A DNA stretch of 43,476 bases from a virus (lineage: Duplodnaviria > Caudoviricetes), in IMG/VR virus record IMGVR_UViG_3300028072_000009, positions 1 through 43,476 of that record; one strand, written 5' to 3'. Of this stretch, positions 41,259-43,476 are shown one piece after another. Position 1 is the stretch's first letter. Every line of letters begins with the position of its first letter. Position numbers and translations under genes: made by a program. Under the pieces are notes generated by a model that did not search any database, was not told the DNA's origin, and saw nothing but the letters and a program-made list of their open reading frames with translations.

Positions 41259-41351
41259 CAAAAGCAAAACCCCGGCGGTGAGCCGGGGTAAAGCATTCAG
41301 GGGGTCGTCAAACCCGTCCGCCGCTACGCGGGCAAGGATCATTGCTTGGCA
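41259..41351 (-). ncRNA. Putative counter-transcribed RNA upstream of the plasmid-type rep
   Basis: Minus-strand TTGCGC-17 bp-CAGGAT promoter (41386-41358) and terminator ACCCCGGC-TCACC-GCCGGGGT-TTTGCTTTT. Confidence 0.6.
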
Positions 41352-41440
41352 GTTCTGATCCTGCCCCGATAGCAGCCAACGCGCAAGCCCTTTTGCGCGC
41401 ACGGGCGGATTGCGCTCCCCGTTTGGGGGAGGCCACGTTA

Positions 41441-41992
41441 ATGCGTCGCGGATCAGAATTTGGAGAAGGCCCGCGGATCCCGCTCGATCGGGAAGCCAAG
41501 GTGCGGATCATGCACGCGGGCCGCGCGCTGAAGCGCCGCACCGAGAAGGGCAGGCACTACGGTCGGCTGACCGGGAAGTTTATCGATGTGCTGCAGGCGC
41601 TGGTCTGGCTGATCCACGATGGCCGGAGCGGCCAGTGCAATCCGTCCTATGAGACGATCGCCGACAAGGCCGGCTGTGCTCGCTCGACCGTCGCGAAGGC
41701 GATCATCGCGCTGGAGGCCGCCGGCATTCTGTCGTGGGCGCAGCGGATCCGGCGGGTGCGCGAGCGCGTGCGGGACGAGCTGCTGGGCGGATGGACGTGG
41801 GTCTGGCGGGTGGTGCGAACCAGCAATGCTTACGTGTTCCGCGATCCCGGTGGCGGAAATGCAGCTAAGTCCGATTTTCGGACTGGACCCATAGATGATT
41901 TAAAAAAGAAAGACTGCTCGGCGATGCCGGCGGAGCTTGCGGCGGCTTTGGAGGGTCTAGGGAGGCTTGTAGAAGGAGCGCCTACATCGTGA
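41441..41992 (+). CDS. Plasmid-type replication protein (winged HTH, HTH_36-like)
   Basis: GGAGG RBS; G.LT....DVL.AL..H..RSGQC.PSYETIA.KAGCARSTV..AI..LE.AG.L.W..R..RTSNAYVF, as in Reps of small alphaproteobacterial plasmids. Confidence 0.7.
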   Translation: MRRGSEFGEGPRIPLDREAKVRIMHAGRALKRRTEKGRHYGRLTGKFIDVLQALVWLIHDGRSGQCNPSYETIADKAGCARSTVAKAIIALEAAGILSWAQRIRRVRERVRDELLGGWTWVWRVVRTSNAYVFRDPGGGNAAKSDFRTGPIDDLKKKDCSAMPAELAAALEGLGRLVEGAPTS

Positions 41993-42311
41993 AACGCCAG
42001 ACATCAGGATGGGCCGGGTTGGTTGGTTTGCCGTGGCGCTGTCGTCGTGAGGGCGGCCGCCGGGCCCAGGCCAGTTCCGCAACGGGCACACCGAGCGCGC
42101 CAGCGATTTTCTGTAGATTCGCAGGCGTCGGGTAGCTCGTGCCTTTGAGATAGGCCCCGACGCGATCGCGGTTGCGAGCCACGTCGTAGCCACGGTCATC
42201 TTTGATGGTACCGAAGGCCCGGCGGGCTAACTCCGAGCAACTGATGTAGCCGGCACCGATCATGGCATCCATCAGCACGTTGGCGAATAGAGGCGGGATC
42301 GTCATCGGCAT
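41982..42311 (-). CDS. XRE-family HTH regulator
   Basis: SELARRAFG..RNRDRVG.YLKG.SYPTPANLQKIA.ALGV.V.EL. Confidence 0.8.
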   Translation of the reverse strand: MPMTIPPLFANVLMDAMIGAGYISCSELARRAFGTIKDDRGYDVARNRDRVGAYLKGTSYPTPANLQKIAGALGVPVAELAWARRPPSRRQRHGKPTNPAHPDVWRFTM

Positions 42312-42389
42312 ACTTGACCACACGCCGCGCACGCGACACAAGGGCTGCGGTTCCCCCGAACCGAGTAACCCAGTTCACGCGGGGGAACT

Positions 42390-42728
42390 ATGGCGTACAA
42401 CCTCACCGAGGCCGGCAATGCCGTCGGAATGTCGAAGAACGGCATCCTCAAAGCCATCAGACGCGGCGCGATTTCGGCGAGCCGTGACGGTGCCGGCTGG
42501 TGCATCGACCCAGCCGAATTGCACCGAGTGTACCCAGCAAAAGTAACCGAGGTGACGCCGGCTAACCCGGCCGATGTTCTTCTTGAGGAGGTGCGGGGCC
42601 GGCTGGCCGCGGCCGAGCAGACGATTGATGACCTGCGCCGCCGGCTCGACAGGGAAGGGGAGGAGCGCCGGCAACTGATGGCGTTGCTGGCGGATCAGCG
42701 CAGGTCGTGGTGGCGATTTGGCCGTTAA
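42390..42728 (+). CDS. HTH + coiled-coil + C-terminal RRSWWRF protein (plasmid stability type)
   Basis: YNLTEA..AVGMSK..I.KAIRRG.ISA.RD..G.W.IDPAEL.RVYP, then coiled coil and aromatic/basic tail. Confidence 0.75.
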   Translation: MAYNLTEAGNAVGMSKNGILKAIRRGAISASRDGAGWCIDPAELHRVYPAKVTEVTPANPADVLLEEVRGRLAAAEQTIDDLRRRLDREGEERRQLMALLADQRRSWWRFGR

Positions 42729-42907
42729 GCCGCCCCATCCGGGTCTATCAGCTTCCAGTACCCGGTCATTGAAGTGTGGAAGACGTTGCACTCGGCGCAC
42801 TCAACCTCGCCCGTCTCGTACAGCCAGTGCACCTCGCAGCCGCAATCGCATTTCCAGATCCGCGGCTGTGGCTTTTCCCTCTTCTGAAAGGTCACCACTG
42901 TTGCCAT
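42725..42907 (-). CDS. Small zinc-ribbon protein
   Basis: AAGGAG RBS; IWKCDCGC..GEVECAEC; 60 aa. Confidence 0.6.
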   Translation of the reverse strand: MATVVTFQKREKPQPRIWKCDCGCEVHWLYETGEVECAECNVFHTSMTGYWKLIDPDGAA

Positions 42908-43019
42908 AGCCGTCTCCTTCACAGCAGTACGCGATGCAGCAGCCGTTGCAGCCAGGACATGGCCGCGGCGGGTGTGCATCGGGGAGGTAGCCGGTGCCCG
43001 AACAAAGCTCGCAAATCAT
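42801..43019 (-). CDS. Small DnaJ-like Cys-rich protein
   Basis: MICELCSGTG..PCPGCNGCCIAYCCEG; ATGA overlap with the upstream stop. Confidence 0.55.
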   Translation of the reverse strand: MICELCSGTGYLPDAHPPRPCPGCNGCCIAYCCEGDGYGNSGDLSEEGKATAADLEMRLRLRGALAVRDGRG

Positions 43020-43171
43020 GGGATCCATCCGAAGAGCAGCGCGAGGACAGCCATCACCATCAGCGCGCCGCGCAGATCGAGGTTGGGAATCAGCATCGTG
43101 ACGAGCAGGGCACCGGCAAAGATGATCGCGATGGTGAGGAAGCCATGTTGCCGAAGGTGGCGAAAGTCCAC
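43016..43171 (-). CDS. 51-aa two-TM membrane protein (not in ORF track)
   Basis: MDFRHLRQHGFLTIAIIFAGALLVTMLIPNLDLRGALMVMAVLALLFGWIP. Confidence 0.55.
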   Translation of the reverse strand: MDFRHLRQHGFLTIAIIFAGALLVTMLIPNLDLRGALMVMAVLALLFGWIP

Positions 43172-43172
43172 A

Positions 43173-43370
43173 TCACCGCAGCAGCGGCGCAGGCGCCATG
43201 CCCGCGATCGCCAGGAGGAACCACACGAGAATTACGACAACGATCACGACCATCACGACCTGGACGAGGCGGCCGATGGGTTCGGGCAGCGGGATGAGAG
43301 TCTGGATCACATACCAGATCACGCCGACGATCAGCAGCAGGACCAGAAGTGTGACGAGCAGAGAGATCAT
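43173..43370 (-). CDS. 65-aa two-TM membrane protein (holin candidate)
   Basis: AAGGAG RBS; two hydrophobic helices separated by IPLPEP; follows the last virion gene across the circular junction. Confidence 0.7.
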   Translation of the reverse strand: MISLLVTLLVLLLIVGVIWYVIQTLIPLPEPIGRLVQVVMVVIVVVILVWFLLAIAGMAPAPLLR

Positions 43371-43465
43371 GGCGCTCTCCTTATGGCACCGGCTCTAGGA
43401 GCCGCCGTCGCGCGCCTTCCCGCTGGCGCTTCTCTGCCCCGGTGTAGTCGTACCCGGCAGCCGGG
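43340..43465. repeat. Terminal direct repeat, copy 2
   Basis: Identical to 1-126; the last 11 nt (43466-43476) do not match and fold back on 43442-43452. Confidence 0.95.
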
Positions 43466-43476
43466 TACGACTACAC

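Noticed and set aside
43442-43476. Perfect 17-bp inverted repeat at the contig end, resembling an N15-type hairpin telomere
   Set aside because: The same locus at 103-137 continues normally inside a coding sequence, only the last 11 nt differ, and no protelomerase is recognisable; a fold-back read artefact is more likely

Overview
The window is an apparently complete, circularly permuted, GC-rich phage genome of about 43.3 kb; bases 1-126 recur exactly at 43340-43465. It is podovirus-like: P22-type portal, scaffold, SU10/DUF5309-type capsid, adaptor/nozzle and three ejection-type proteins, with no tape measure. The regulatory and replication proteins look alphaproteobacterial, which is an inference. 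Modules: virion genes on the minus strand (42-27803); a plus-strand accessory operon (28885-31352); terS, a late regulator, DUF1376 replication, Bet/Exo, TGT-like and RuvC-like genes (31349-39333); a Cro/CI-like switch with three operators; and a plasmid-type Rep + antisense RNA + HTH/coiled-coil cassette (41259-42728). I recognise no integrase and no stand-alone endolysin. Main observations: (1) a 248-nt ORF-less group I intron splits the major capsid gene, with a free-standing HNH gene just downstream; (2) two antisense HNH genes each left a stranded, differently encoded copy of the upstream gene's C-terminus; (3) terL has one extra base at its Walker A motif; (4) three consecutive tailspike/lectin-like genes carry signal-peptide-like N-termini; (5) a ~140-nt expanded tRNA-like element lies antisense in the late region; (6) the gene set suggests a phage-plasmid lifestyle. 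All family assignments come from reading motifs by eye, not from database searches.
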